Assembly (NCBI RefSeq): GCF_000142905.1
Contig: NW_013657666.1
Location: forward strand, 134,631 to 198,630
Direction: 5' to 3'
From: Thecamonas trahens ATCC 50062
Taxonomy: Eukaryota; Protista; Apusomonadida
DNA: 64,000 nucleotides
Shown here: positions 33,429-45,700 of the stretch, one piece after another
Position numbering within the stretch: the first letter of the stretch is position 1
Layout: each line of letters opens with the position of its first letter
Position numbers and translations under genes: made by a program
Notes under the pieces: generated by a model
Told to the model about the DNA's origin: nothing
Databases searched by the model: none
Seen by the model: only the letters and a program-made list of their open reading frames with translations

Positions 33429-34844
33429 ATGAGATGGCTCACCCTCTTGGCCTTCGTCACCCTCCTCCAAACCATCGCCCTCGTTGCCCTCACCTCCTAC
33501 ACCGTCCATGACCTCGCATCGCCCGTCCACCACACCGCCCGCGCCTCGCCCACGGCAACACCCACGCCCACGCCTACACCCATGCCAATGTCGACGCCCA
33601 CATCCATACGACCAGACGCTGCGGCGGCGGTTGTCGAGCCAGCCCACTGTGGGCCGCCGGCAAGCGAGCTGCTGAGGCTGAAGTCGAGCCTTAAGCGGAC
33701 GGTGGCCGGCATCCACGCTCGGGCGGTGGCGCGCGCCCGGGCGGCGGGATCGAACGCTGTCTTTCCACCCACGGCCACCCTTGCACCCGAACCGCATGCG
33801 GTGTTGGATCCGATGACAGCAGCAGCAGAGGATGGCGCGGTGCTGGCCAGCAAGTTGGCGGTCGATGCCGATGGGCCCAGGCTGAGCATCGCGACGTACA
33901 ACCTGTGGAACACCAATCCACCGTGGGAGGCGCGCGCCAAAGCCATGGCGGCAATGCTCAACGCGCTCGCTCCGCAAGTCCTTGCTCTGCAAGAAGTACG
34001 CATTCTGCCCGACGGTGGCAATCAAGCCGACGCACTCATCGCCATGCTCCAGCCGCAGTACTCGGTTGTTTATGCCCGGGTCCTCGGCACACCGGGCTCG
34101 GCTGATGAGGAAGGCATCGCGCTCGCCACCACACTCGACATTGTCTCGTCGGCGGAGCATCCGCTGCCGCCGATGACAGGCAACGCTGTGCGCATGCTGC
34201 TTCACGTGAGGCTTCGGCTGCCTGGTAGCGGCGACGACGACGACGACAGCAATCTCCTCGACGTCTTTGCCACTCACTGGCCAGTCTACGACTATGAGCA
34301 GTGCAACACGGCGCTGCAGGTTGCCGCCATTGCCCGCAAGGTGTGGGCCTCAAACGGCGGGCGCATCGCACAGATCGTTCTCGGCGACTTTAACGCATAC
34401 TTTGATTTTGACGAGCCGATGCGCATCCTGACCGAGCCGAGCTCACCGTGTCGCCGCGCACCCACCTCGCCCTGTGGGCCAGTTGTGGCTGCGCTTGCCG
34501 GCGACGCGCTACCAAGCGATCGCCCGTTTGTGGACGTCTTTGACGTGCTGCATCCGGCCCACCCGCCGCGTGCGCCACCCGATGTCGGCGCCGACGGCAA
34601 GCTGCCCGAGCGGTGGTGGGGCGCACCCGAAGTTCCTGTCGGCACCACCTTTTCCAACTTTGCTGACCATCGCATACAGGACTCATCACGGCCCGACCGT
34701 ATCCTTGCCCGGGGCGATGGCCTCCAGCCGCGCTCCGTCCACACCTTTGGCGGCGAGCCGCTCGCCGAGCTCTTTGCCGGCTACCCGATGTTCCCGTCCG
34801 ACCATCGAGGCGTCTTTGCTGTCTTTGACCGCCTCTCCCCCTAG
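33429..34844 (+). CDS. Secreted or membrane-anchored endonuclease/exonuclease/phosphatase (EEP) family hydrolase
   Basis: Signal/TM MRWLTLLAFVTLL; ATYNLWN, ALQEV, FATH, LGDFN, RPDRIL, PSDH. Confidence 0.85.
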   Translation: MRWLTLLAFVTLLQTIALVALTSYTVHDLASPVHHTARASPTATPTPTPTPMPMSTPTSIRPDAAAAVVEPAHCGPPASELLRLKSSLKRTVAGIHARAVARARAAGSNAVFPPTATLAPEPHAVLDPMTAAAEDGAVLASKLAVDADGPRLSIATYNLWNTNPPWEARAKAMAAMLNALAPQVLALQEVRILPDGGNQADALIAMLQPQYSVVYARVLGTPGSADEEGIALATTLDIVSSAEHPLPPMTGNAVRMLLHVRLRLPGSGDDDDDSNLLDVFATHWPVYDYEQCNTALQVAAIARKVWASNGGRIAQIVLGDFNAYFDFDEPMRILTEPSSPCRRAPTSPCGPVVAALAGDALPSDRPFVDVFDVLHPAHPPRAPPDVGADGKLPERWWGAPEVPVGTTFSNFADHRIQDSSRPDRILARGDGLQPRSVHTFGGEPLAELFAGYPMFPSDHRGVFAVFDRLSP

Positions 34845-35052
34845 CCATCAACCTAGCCTGAATCAATCGCAAACGCCCTCACTCGCCTCAGTAGCCGCCT
34901 CGCTTCACCGTCTCGCTGCTTTGCCGCAGACGTCGGCAAATGGCCCCGCTCCCTCACGTTTGCCGCCAGCCAGTCGCTCTGACTCGTACGCTAGCACTCC
35001 CACCGCACAGACTGCCACTGCTCTCCCCACACGAGGCAGACACCCCGCCACC

Positions 35053-38000
35053 ATGTCTTCCACCCGCAAACGCGACCACTCGTCATCCTTGTCAGCCTCG
35101 GCCTCTGACGGTACGCCCTCGGTCCCCTCCCCTCCTCCCTACCCCCTTGGTCCCCTTCGCTCCACCCGAGTCGCACTAACACCTCCGCCCTGCCCGCCCC
35201 CCCCCCCCCCGCCCTAGGCCACGAGTCCAAGCGAACCAAGCCGCTCAAGGTCAAGCTCAAGATGTCAGAGCCTTCCCCAATGCCTCAGATTAGGATCAAG
35301 ATGGGTGGGCCCAAGTCGCCGGACGCGTCCGAGTCGATGGACGACGACTCCGAGTGGGACGGGTCGGACGTCGACACGGCACCGCGGAAGCGCAAGCGCA
35401 AGAACAAGTCCAAGGCCAAGGCCAAAGCCAAGGCCAAGACACGGAGTCAGCGCAAGAAGAAAAAGAAGAAGAAGAAGAAGAAGAAGAACAAGTCGCGTCG
35501 TCGTGCGGCATCGTCCGACTCGGGCTACGAGTCGTCGTACACACCATCGTCAGGCCCGTCGTCAGAGGGGTGCTCGTCGTACTCAGCCGTGTCAGACTCG
35601 CTCTCGCTACCGTCGGTCGAGTCGTCGGAGGGCTCGCGCGAAACCAAAAAGGCACGGCGGCGTGCCAAGGCGCGGATGTCTGCGGCGAAGCTGAAGGGCG
35701 AGGGCGTGAGCAAGGAGCCAAAGAAGCCAAAGCGCAAGCCAGGCAAAGGCAAGCGGTCTCGGAAGAGGGGCGCGGCTGGTGATGGGGACTACGAGCAAGC
35801 ACCAGATCAGCCGGCGGTGTTTGGAGTCCAGCAGGCCGGGACCGGGACCATCATCCGCGACTGCTCGAATCTCAAGCTCAAGCCCGACTCTGCCACCCGT
35901 CCGATCTGGATCACCGACGACGGTCACATCTTTCTCGAGTCGTTCTCGCCGCTGTACCAGATTGCGTGCGACTTTCTTGTGGCGGTAGCAGAGCCAGTCT
36001 GCCGCGCGCGGCTCATCCAAGAGTACAAGCTCGGGCGGTTCTCGCTCTACGCCGCCATTTCGGTCGGTCTTGATGCCGACAAGATCATCAAGGTCTTGGA
36101 CAAGCTCTCCAAGGTCACCATTCCGCAGCAGGTCATTAACGATGTCCGCACAGCAGTGGCCAACTACGGCAAGACCAAGATTGTGCTCCGGCAGTCGCGA
36201 TACTACCTCGAAACGACGACGCGCGACGTGCTCGAGTTTCTGTTGACCGACCCGGAGCTCGCCGACACGATTGTAGTCCCGTCGCGGGACGACGAGGCCG
36301 GCGGGAGCGGTGGCAGTGGCGAGGTGCCTGCCGACGCGGCGGTGACTGGCGCGACCATGTCGTATGCCGATGCCATCATGGCCATGGCCACCGGCAAGTC
36401 TGCGGCGGCGGTGGCGGCAGCAGCCAAGACAACGAGCAACTCGGGCCGCAGCCTTGCGGACCGAGTCATTCAGCGGTATGTGCCCGGGGCAAGCGAGACG
36501 CGAGCCGGGCTCGACGACGTGCTCCGAGGCACGCAGACGCACATGCAGCGCGAAGGCGACGGCGGCGAGCTAGCGGCATTGGCGAGTGGCGACGGGCGCG
36601 AGGCCGACGACGACGACGATGGGCTGGACGTGTTTGGCGCGGCATACGCCGACGCACACGAGCGGTTCTTTGTGGAGTTTATTCCCAACCAGGTGAGCAA
36701 GGTGAGGATGCGAGCAACCAAGCTCGACTTTCCGGTCCTCGCCGAGTACGACTTTCGTAACGACGACGCCAACGCCTCGCTCGACGTCCACCTCAAGCCG
36801 ATGACCTCGATTCGGCCGTACCAGGAGAAGGCGCTGCGCAAGATGTTTGGCAACGGGCGCGCGCGGTCGGGAATCATTGTCCTGCCGTGCGGCGCCGGCA
36901 AGACGCTGGTGGGGATCACAGCGTGCACGACGATCAAAAAGTCATGCATCGTCATGTGCACCTCCGAAGTGGCGGTCGAGCAGTGGAAGCGCCAGTTCCA
37001 GTTGTGGTGCCAGATTGATGAGTCGTGCATCATGCGGTTTACCAAGGACTCGAAGGACTTTGACGAGGTGCTCGCCACCCGCGACTACAAGCGACCGATT
37101 ATTGTCATCTCGACCTACACCATGATTGGGTACGCCGGCAAGCGGGCAAACAAGTCGAAGAAGGTCATGGACTACATCCGGGCCCGCGAGTGGGGCCTGC
37201 TTGTCCTCGACGAGGTCCAGGTTGCGCCAGCGGACAACTTTTCGCGGTGCTGCAAGGACCTGCAGTCGCACTGTAAGCTCGGGCTGACAGCGACGCTCGT
37301 CCGCGAGGACGATCGCATCAAGGACCTCAACTACCTCATCGGGCCGAAGTTGTACGAGGCCAACTGGCTGGACCTGCAGGACGCCGGGTACATTGCACGG
37401 GTGCAGTGCGCCGAGGTGTGGTGTCAGATGACTCCGGCATTCTACCGCGAGTATCTGCGGGCCGAGGAGAAGCGGCGCAAGCTGCTCTACGTCATGAATC
37501 CGAACAAGTTCCTCGCCACCGAGTTTCTCATCCGCTACCACGAGCGGCGCGGCGACAAGATCCTGGTCTTCTCGGACAACCTCTTTGCCCTGGAGCAGTA
37601 CTCGGAGCTCCTACAGAAGCCGCTCATCTGCGGCGCCACGCCGGCGGCGGAGCGGCTGCAAATCTTGTACCAGTTTCAGCACAACCCGGCGCTCAACGTG
37701 GTGTGCATCTCCAAGGTTGGCGACAACTCGATCGACCTTCCGGGTGCGTCGGTGGTCATCCAGGTCGCGGCCCACTACGGCTCACGGCGGCAGGAGGCGC
37801 AGCGGCTCGGGCGCATTCTCCGGGCCAAGGTCAACACCGACGGCGGCTTCAACGCCTTCTTCTACTCGGTTGTCTCCAAGGACACTCAGGAGATGGCTTA
37901 CTCGTCGAAGCGGCAGCAGTTTCTAGTCAACCAGGGCTACTCGTTCAAGGTCATCTCGCACCTCCCGCACACCACGCCCGAGCCGGGCTCGATGGTCGAG

Positions 38001-38387
38001 GTCCTGATGCGCAAGGAGACCCAGGACCGGCTGCTCACTAACGTCTTGCACGCCTCGATCGAGGCTGGCGAGACCGAGCGCGACTACGACGACGCCGACT
38101 ACCTCAACAGGGCCACTGGCGCCGCCACCCGCGTCGTCTCCTCGATGGACGCCATCGGCTCGACCGGCTCGGGCCTCGTGTACTCGATCTTCAACCCGGT
38201 CGCTCGCCGTGCCAAGCCCAAGCGCAAGCCCAAGGCCCGCCGTGGCCGTGCTGACCTCCCGCAGGGCTCGCTCTTCAAAAAGTTCTTCCAGCCCAAGGTG
38301 CGGTCCAAGGAGGAGAAGGAGGCTGCTGCCCAAGCGCTCCGCGAGCAGCGACTCAAGTCCAAGTTCATGCCGGCTACGCTGATGTAG
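35053..38387 (+). CDS. XPB: TFIIH helicase XPB (ERCC3/Ssl2); intron 35111..35217
   Basis: RPIWI..DGHIFLESFSPLY, SLYAA, IRPYQEKAL, SGIIVLPCGAGKTLVG, LGLTATLVRED, GSRRQEAQRLGRILR; phase-1 GTACGC...CCTAG intron. Confidence 0.97.
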
Positions 38388-38585
38388 ACGGCTTGCAAGG
38401 AAAACAAACACGATGCCATGGAACACACATGAACACTCTTGCGCACACGTACATACGCGTACGCATACACACCCGTACGCGTACGTGCGCCTGCGCAGCG
38501 ACATGAGGTCGAGCGCTCCCTACACAAACACACTCTCTCTAGCTCTATCTCGCGTGGACGCCATGCCCGGGTCGACAAGCCTCGT

Positions 38586-39468
38586 TTACAGGTTCTGCAG
38601 CTCACGGAGACGACGGATGGTCGAGCGCGTGGTAGCGGCGGCAGCAGTCGAGAGGGTGTACGCACCACCGGCCATGATGCGGCGGCACGAGCCGCAGTTC
38701 CAGATGCCAACGCAGGTGCGGCGGACCGAGTCCTTGCCGCAGAACGCGCAGGTGTACTTGGCGTGCTGGGAGATCTCCATCTTGCGCACCATCTTACGGA
38801 GCGAAGCACCGTAGCGGGTGCCGTACTTGCCGGTGATGCCGACCTTCTTGGTGTGCTTGGTCTGTTGTCGGAGGAGGGGGGGGGGGGGTTAGTCTGTCCG
38901 ACACCGGTGCATGCTTCCTCTCTAGTCTCTCCGTCCTCTCCACACTCGCACTTCCTGCCATGGCGCCAGTCCCCACACACACACACCGGCTCCTCTCTGC
39001 ACGCAAGCAGCGCAAGAGGGGTCGCCTGGTGGCCCTTGGTGGCGGCCGGCCACCGCCAAAGGCGAGGATGGCGAGCCGAGCGAGGCGACGGCGACCAAAT
39101 TCGGATCCCCCAAGGCGGCGTCCTTGGCTTGCTGCAGCCTAGTTGCCGGTACCAGCCATACGGCGAGACAAGCCACCACCAAGCGTGTGTGTCTCTCGCG
39201 CCTCTCCGCGGTGCGCTCTGCGAGTTGCAGCAAGGGTGCCAGCCGCAGGGTGCGCATCAGCGATGGCGGCGTGTGTGTCGGACAAAAATGGCTCCGGCAT
39301 CAGCCGACGACGGGGGGGCAAGGCGTATAGAGCCCGCACCACAGCACCATACCACGCACCAACAGCCTGTCCTTCGAGTGGTAGTGTGTGGCAGAGCAAG
39401 GCGTGTATGCTGGGTGTGGTGGACACCGTGAGCTTGCTCAGCTATTGCTTCAGACTGGTACGTACCAT
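38586..39468 (-). CDS. RPL37A: 60S ribosomal protein eL43/L37a; first exon is only ATG (39466-39468), intron 38862..39465
   Basis: [23 protein letters not shown]...[14 protein letters not shown]; ATG|GTACGT donor, GACTAAC branch, AACAG acceptor. Confidence 0.95.
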
Positions 39469-39504
39469 ATTGTGTGTGCGAGAGGAGAGGTGGCGAGACA
39501 AAGT

Positions 39505-39515
39505 GAAAAACAACG
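39505..39515. promoter_or_regulatory. Candidate promoter element GAAAAACAACG (copy 2, reverse complement)
   Basis: Lies between head-to-head RPL37A and NOP56. Confidence 0.5.
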
Positions 39516-39787
39516 CGAGCTGGGCTTGAGCCATTCATTCATGCCAGCCACCATGCAAATCGAGTCCAACTACCATTCATTCATTCAGTCGTCGCCCCTT
39601 TTTAATATTTCATTCATCGCAACGTCAACGAAAACAATGCATGGTTGTTGAGTGAGGAATCAAAGGGTGTTGGGGGGGGGGGGGTTGGGGGGGCGGCGGC
39701 TGAGCATGGCTGGGCCAATGACGCCGGGTGCGGGCCATTGGTGAGGCGAGGAGACGACCGCCGGTTAAGCCTCTCTCGCACTCGACA

Positions 39788-41517
39788 ATGACGGTAGGTG
39801 TGATGGAATGAGAATACGAGTGAGGATGCGCATGTAGTGGGCAGAGGTAGAGCGGGTGAGGCGGAGGGTAGGCTGCTCCTCCCGGAGCTGTAGGCCCCAA
39901 CAGTGGGCGGGCGGTGTGAGCAGCGGGCGGCGATGGATTGATTTTCGTCGGCTGGCAAGTGCAAAGAGCGAGCAGAGACTCACAGCGTACGGGAGGCTGT
40001 GTGTTTGCGAGTAGACGCTGTTCCTGCTGTACGAGTCTGCGGCTGGGTACGCGCTCTTTGAGCGGCTGGAGTCCGAGGTTGTGGCGACGGAGGATGCCGA
40101 GTGGCAGAAGTCAATGCAGGACCTGGGCAAGTTTGGTAAGATTGTTAAGATGAAGGGCTTTGCGCCGTTCCTCTCGGCCGAGGCGTCGCTGGCGAACATC
40201 AACGACGTGTCGGAGGGCCTGCTCAACGAGTTTCTGCAGGACTTTCTGGTGACGTACATGCCCAAGGCGAAGGGCAAGGTCGAGCTTGGTGTGGCGGATC
40301 CCGCGCTCGGCTCGGCCATCCAGTCGGCGACCTCGATCTCGTGCGTGTCGAACAAGATGGTGCGCGAGCTGCTCCGCGGCGTGCGGCTCCACTTTGATGC
40401 CTTTATCTCTGAGCTCGAGGACGGCGACCTGGAGAAGGCGCAGCTTGGTCTCGGGCATGCGTTCTCGCGGGCTAAGGTCAAGTTCAACGTCAACCGTGTG
40501 GACAACATGATTATCCAGTCGATTGCCATGCTCGACGTGCTCGACAAGGACCTCAACACCTTTGCCATGCGCGTCAAGGAGTGGTACTCGTGGCACTTCC
40601 CGGAGCTGGTCAAGATCGAGTCGGACAACGTCAAGTTCACCCGGCTTGTACTCCTCATCGGCGACAAGGTGACCGTGTCCGAGGAGACGCTTGACGGCAT
40701 CGAGCAGATTGTGGGCGATGCGACGACGGCGCAGTCGATCCTTGTTGCGGCGCGGACGTCGATGGGCCAGGACATTGCCGAGATCGACCTGACCAACGTC
40801 ACGCACTTTGCCGAGCGCGTCATTGCGCTTGCCGACTACCGGACCGGCCTCCACGCGTACCTGCAGGAGAAGATGAACACGTGTGCGCCGAACCTCGCCG
40901 CCCTCATCGGCGAGTACGTCGGTGCCCGCCTCATTGCGCACGCTGGCTCGCTGACCAACCTCGCCAAGTACCCGGCGTCGACCGTCCAGATCCTCGGTGC
41001 CGAGAAGGCCCTGTTCCGGGCGCTCAAGACGCGCGGCAACACGCCCAAGTACGGCCTGCTCTACCACTCGTCCTTTATCGGCCGCGCGGCGACCAAGAAC
41101 AAGGGCCGCATCTCGCGCGTCCTCGCCAACAAGTGCTCCATCGCCTCGCGCCTCGACGCCTTCTCGGACGTCCCCACCGCCAAGTTTGGTGAGATGCTGC
41201 GCGACCAGGTCGAGGAGCGCCTTGCCTTTTACTCCACCGGCAAGGCCCCGCGCCGCAACAAGGACGTCATGAAGGAGGTCATCGCCGAGCTCTCAGCCGA
41301 GGGCCTCTACGATTCGCTCAACGCCGAGGCCGGCGCCTCGGCTGACAAGCCCTCCCGCAAGCGCGCCCGCGACGACGACTCGGACGACTCGGACGACGAC
41401 GAGCCGGCCAAGAAGAAGAAGAAGAAGTCCAAGTCCAAGGACAAGTCCAAGTCCAAGGACAAGGCCAAGTCCAAGTCCAAGGACAAGAAGAAGTCCAAGA
41501 AGAAGTCCAAGAAGTAA
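39788..41517 (+). CDS. NOP56: Box C/D snoRNP protein Nop56; intron 39794..40014
   Basis: MT|TLFLLYESAAGYALFE, AQLGLGHAFSRAKVKFNVNRVDNMIIQ, AKYPASTVQILGAEKALFRALK, K/D/S-rich tail. Confidence 0.97.
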
Positions 41518-41642
41518 GCTGCCTACCAGGCCGCCTGCAGACAATCTCCCCCCCCCCATCTAAACCACTCTAACATCCATCTCTCTACCACATCGCCGCT
41601 TTTACTGTATCACCTCTGCGCTGGTTTAAAACCTCCTCGGGC

Positions 41643-42283
41643 CTACGACTCCTCAAGGTTGATCGAGTTCTTAAACTTGCCGTACAGCACAACCTTGAGC
41701 TCGGCGAGCGCCTCGCGGAGCGTCTCGATCTCGGCCTCGGCCGCCGTCACCTTGGCCTCCGTCTCCTCCTGCAGCGCCTCGATCCGCGCCTCGACCTCGT
41801 CCGCCGGCAGCATGACAAAGACTTCGCCAATCTGGAACCGCAGCGCATCGTCGTCGTCGGCCATCAACACCTCGGTCGACGCATCCTCCAGGTTGTCCAG
41901 CTCCTCCTGCCACCGCCCGATGTCGGCCTCGAGCTCGTGCACACGCTGGTTCAGCCGGCCAAACTTGTTGATCCGCTGCTGGTCCTCCCAGTTGACATCC
42001 ACATCCACCTCGTCCTCCTTCTTCAGCTGTCCACTCCCTCACCGTCCCGCCAGTCCCAGGTCAGTCTCCTTCCCCCACCCCCACCCCCTCCTTCCTTGAC
42101 CTGCTGCTGTCCGCACTCTGCATCCACCACCCACCGCCTGGCCCTTCCTCCCCCCCCCCCTCCCCCCCCCCCTTCCTACCACTCACCCACCCACACCCAC
42201 ACCCACGCCTCCCCCTCCCCTCCCCCTCCCCTCTCCTCCCCTCCCCCTCTCCTCAACCTCCGTACCAGCCGTGCGTTCTGCAT
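41643..42283 (-). CDS. PFDN4: Prefoldin subunit 4; intron 42027..42265
   Basis: MQNARL|LKKEDEVDVDVNWEDQQRINKFGRLN...LKVVLYGKFKNSINLEE. Confidence 0.95.
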
Positions 42284-42503
42284 CCTCCTCCTGCGACGTG
42301 TGTCCCTCTGCCTCCCGCTCCCGCCCTCCCTGCCCAGCAGCCAAGCCACTCGCCTCGCGCGACCAACCCCTTTCCCCCCACCCTCCCCCTCCCCCCCCCC
42401 CCCCACCCACCCACCTACCCACCCCTGTCGTCTTTTTTTTTTGCCTCACCAATTCCGGCAGCGGAAAAAACGAACACTCTGCCCAGCGTTTCGTTTGCAT
42501 CAA

Positions 42504-42514
42504 CGTTGTTTTTC
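42504..42514. promoter_or_regulatory. Candidate promoter element CGTTGTTTTTC (copy 3)
   Basis: Lies between head-to-head PFDN4 and the 1430-aa gene. Confidence 0.5.
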
Positions 42515-42787
42515 TGCGGCTCCGAAAACGAGATATTCCCACCGCAAAACCGAAGGCGTCGGCAGCGCGACTCTATCGGCGGAGAGTGTGTGTAAGCCAA
42601 GCGGGGGTGTCCGAGCCAAGAGAGGCTCACCACTCCTCGCTTCACCTGCCACAGCCTCTCTTCTGCCCGAGGCATCGCTACCTTGCCCTCTCCTCGTAAC
42701 GTTGTGTGTGGCAAGGCCTTTTCTCCTTTGGATACCTGCAGGCACCGCCCGCCCGCCCGCCCGCCCACACTCTCCCAAACACCTCGC

Positions 42788-45700
42788 ATGACCTCCCGTT
42801 CCTCTCCGCCACAGCTCCAAGCTGGAGTAGTAGGCGAAGCCACCAACATGGCAAGCAACAGCTCAACCAATATCTCGCCAACACCCACCGCAGGCGCCGG
42901 ACCAAGCGCCAAGAGCGCATCCAAGCAGCCACGAAGCCCTCCGCCGCAGACACCGACTGAAACCCGAAAGCGAAAGCGGTCGCCGCCGACCCCGTCGACG
43001 TCGCCGCCGCCGCCCACAAAGTGCGCTCGCCCGCTACGCGGCGGCTCGTCGCCGTCACCCACGCGCGCTCTGCCCGACACTCCGCGCGCCGCTGCGGCGG
43101 CGCTCGGCTCGTTTGCCACGCTGGCCCCGCTGCCATCGGTCGCCACAGACTCGGCCGACGTTCTCCCGGTCCAGCTCCGCACCCTGTGGAACCGATTTCT
43201 CGCCGCGCATTACTTCACCTCGTCGCACTCGGTGCCGGCGGCCGTGGACGGCGGCCCGGCCTCGACCGTCACGGCCGGCAAGGCTCCGCGCCTGACGCCG
43301 ACCCCGGGCTGGCTGGCGGTGTCATCGTCGGCCCACGGCTCCGACTCGGCACCCGGCGCGGCCGCAGACTCGGCCGGTCTCGTCTCACCCCCACAGCGAT
43401 CGCTGGGCCGCGCCTCGTACTCGCCGGTCCCACACTCGCCACCGCACTCGCCGTCGCTCGTCTCGCGTGCACCATCGGCCGCCGCCGCAGCAGCACCTAT
43501 CTCGGCGGCAGCAGCGGCAGCTGCTGCTGCTCACCGTGCGGTTGCCAAGTCATCGCACGACGTTCTGGGCCTCAAGACCCTTGCCGAGCGGGCAACTCCG
43601 GCACAACTCGACTTTTGTCTGCGGACGCAACTGCTGCGGCCAGACCATATCATCACACTCTTTGAGCACGTGCCCGAGCCGACCAAGGCCCAAGTGCTGG
43701 AAGACATCCTCGCCAAGGCGCCGACAGTGCCATTGGCCTCGGCATCTCAGGCCGACTCGCCCTCGGGTTCGGCCTCGGGTTCGGCCTCGGGTTCGGCCTC
43801 GGGTTCGGCCTCGGGTTCGGTCTCGTCGAGCCTCTCGCCCGAGCTTGTATTCATGACCGAGTCGGACTCGGACGATCCCGAGGCGACGCTGGCGCTTGCC
43901 TCGGCGTCCCAAGAGCAGAGCCTCGTGCAGGCGCTGCCGTCGCTTTCGCCACTGGAAACGCTGGTAGCAGTTGCGGCACTCTCCTCGGTCATCTGCGTCG
44001 AGTTTGGCAAGGCGATTGTGGCCCGGCTGTCGCGCGGGCAGGTGCGGATGGCGCTGCCGCTGATGTCAGAGACGCTGGTGGTTGCGCTGGGCGACCTTGC
44101 GCTTGGGCGCGCGCCGCCGCCGCCCGGCACCCAGGTCAAGTGGTCGATGACCGAGCTCGAGCAGTTTGTCCCGCTCATGTCAGTCGAGCAGCTGCTTGTG
44201 CTCACCGCTCACGCAGCGACGACCAAGTCCAAGCTCCCGCTCGACGTTGTACTCTCGTCGGCTTCGGCGGCGCAGCTGAGGGCGCTGGCTTCGCTCACGT
44301 ACAAGCTCATGCACCCGTACTACGGCAAGCCTGCAGCGGCCGGGCGGGTGACGCTCGACGATGTCCGCGCGCTTGCTGGCGCCTTTGACGACCTCCGCAA
44401 GGCCAACAACCGGAGGGCCCAGCTGCTGCAGGTCCAGGGCACCGGCATCCACACGCTCGGCTCGGCGATGGCAGCGAGTCGGGTGCCGCCGCTGCCACCA
44501 CCGCCGCCGACCGACGAGCGGCCGGTCGTCGACTTGCCGGCGCTGGCCGTCCATCTCCTCCTCGCCGCGGACGACGCAGGCGCTGCCGTACGCCTCCCAG
44601 TCGACGCCACGGTCCTGGCCTCGCTCGCCGGCGTGCTACTGGCCAACTTTTGGTCGCTCTCGCGGGCGACACAGCGGCAGGTAGTCCAGCTTCTGGACAG
44701 GCCTGGTCTGGAGAACGTGATTGGCAACGTGCCATGGCACGTCGCCGCCGTCTACTCGCTCCTCACGCCACTGCAGCGCAACTCGTTTGTCTGCCTCATT
44801 GCGCCCAAGCGCGACATGCTCCATTACCACGCGCTTCGCAAGGACGAGTCTGCGGCCATCCTGCGGTCAACGTCATACCTCGAGCTTGCACACTGGATCG
44901 AGAGCGCGAGCCAGCCAGAGCTGGGCGTCTTGGTGGCGTCGATGAGCATCTACCAGCTCCGCGCAGTCCTCCCCATCATGTCGTGCGGCCAGCTCCGATC
45001 GGCGCTGCCGTCACTCTCGCCGACCGGCCTTGAGTCGCTCGGCCGGTTCGCCGCAAAAGGCCGGTTCCTTGCCGACCTCCACACCCAGCTCCTCTCGCCG
45101 GCCGAGGCGCTCGTTGTTGTCGGCTCGTTTGACCTGGAGCAGACCATCCTGGCGCTCACCCTCTTCTCCAACGACTCGACGCAGCTAGCTACGGCGAGCA
45201 ACGGGCTCGGATGGCCGCCGCTTGTCAAGCGCAACCTCTTTGCCGGCCTCTCCGCCCTGCCTGTGGGCCACATCAAGGACGCGCTGGTGGCGTACGCGCT
45301 CCCGCACTACATGGTCGAGGCGTGGATGCGGCGGATCGAGCCGAGCGCGGTCGACGCATTCCTCGACGAGTTTGTGTCTGAGGAAGAGGTGTGGGATCTT
45401 GTGCTCTCACCGTCGTTTGGCTCGCGGGCCGAGTTTGAGGACAAGGTCTTCAAGTCCTCGTTTCTGCAGCTTGTCCTTGCTGCCCGGGTCGGCGTCCTCA
45501 CGCCGGAGCTCCTTGCGCGCGAGGTCTCGCTCTCAATCCCACTCCTCGACCGGTTGGAGCTTGTGCTCTTCACCTCACCCGAGGCCCGCAAGATCGTGGT
45601 CCGAATGCTGCCGACAAACCACCTGCGGAAAGCGCTCTTTGCGCTCACCGAAGACACGCGGCCGCACAGCTCGCCGTACTCTAAGCTTGCGCGCAAGCTG

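Noticed and set aside
39794-40014. C/D snoRNA in the NOP56 intron
   Set aside because: No convincing RUGAUGA plus CUGA pair or terminal stem
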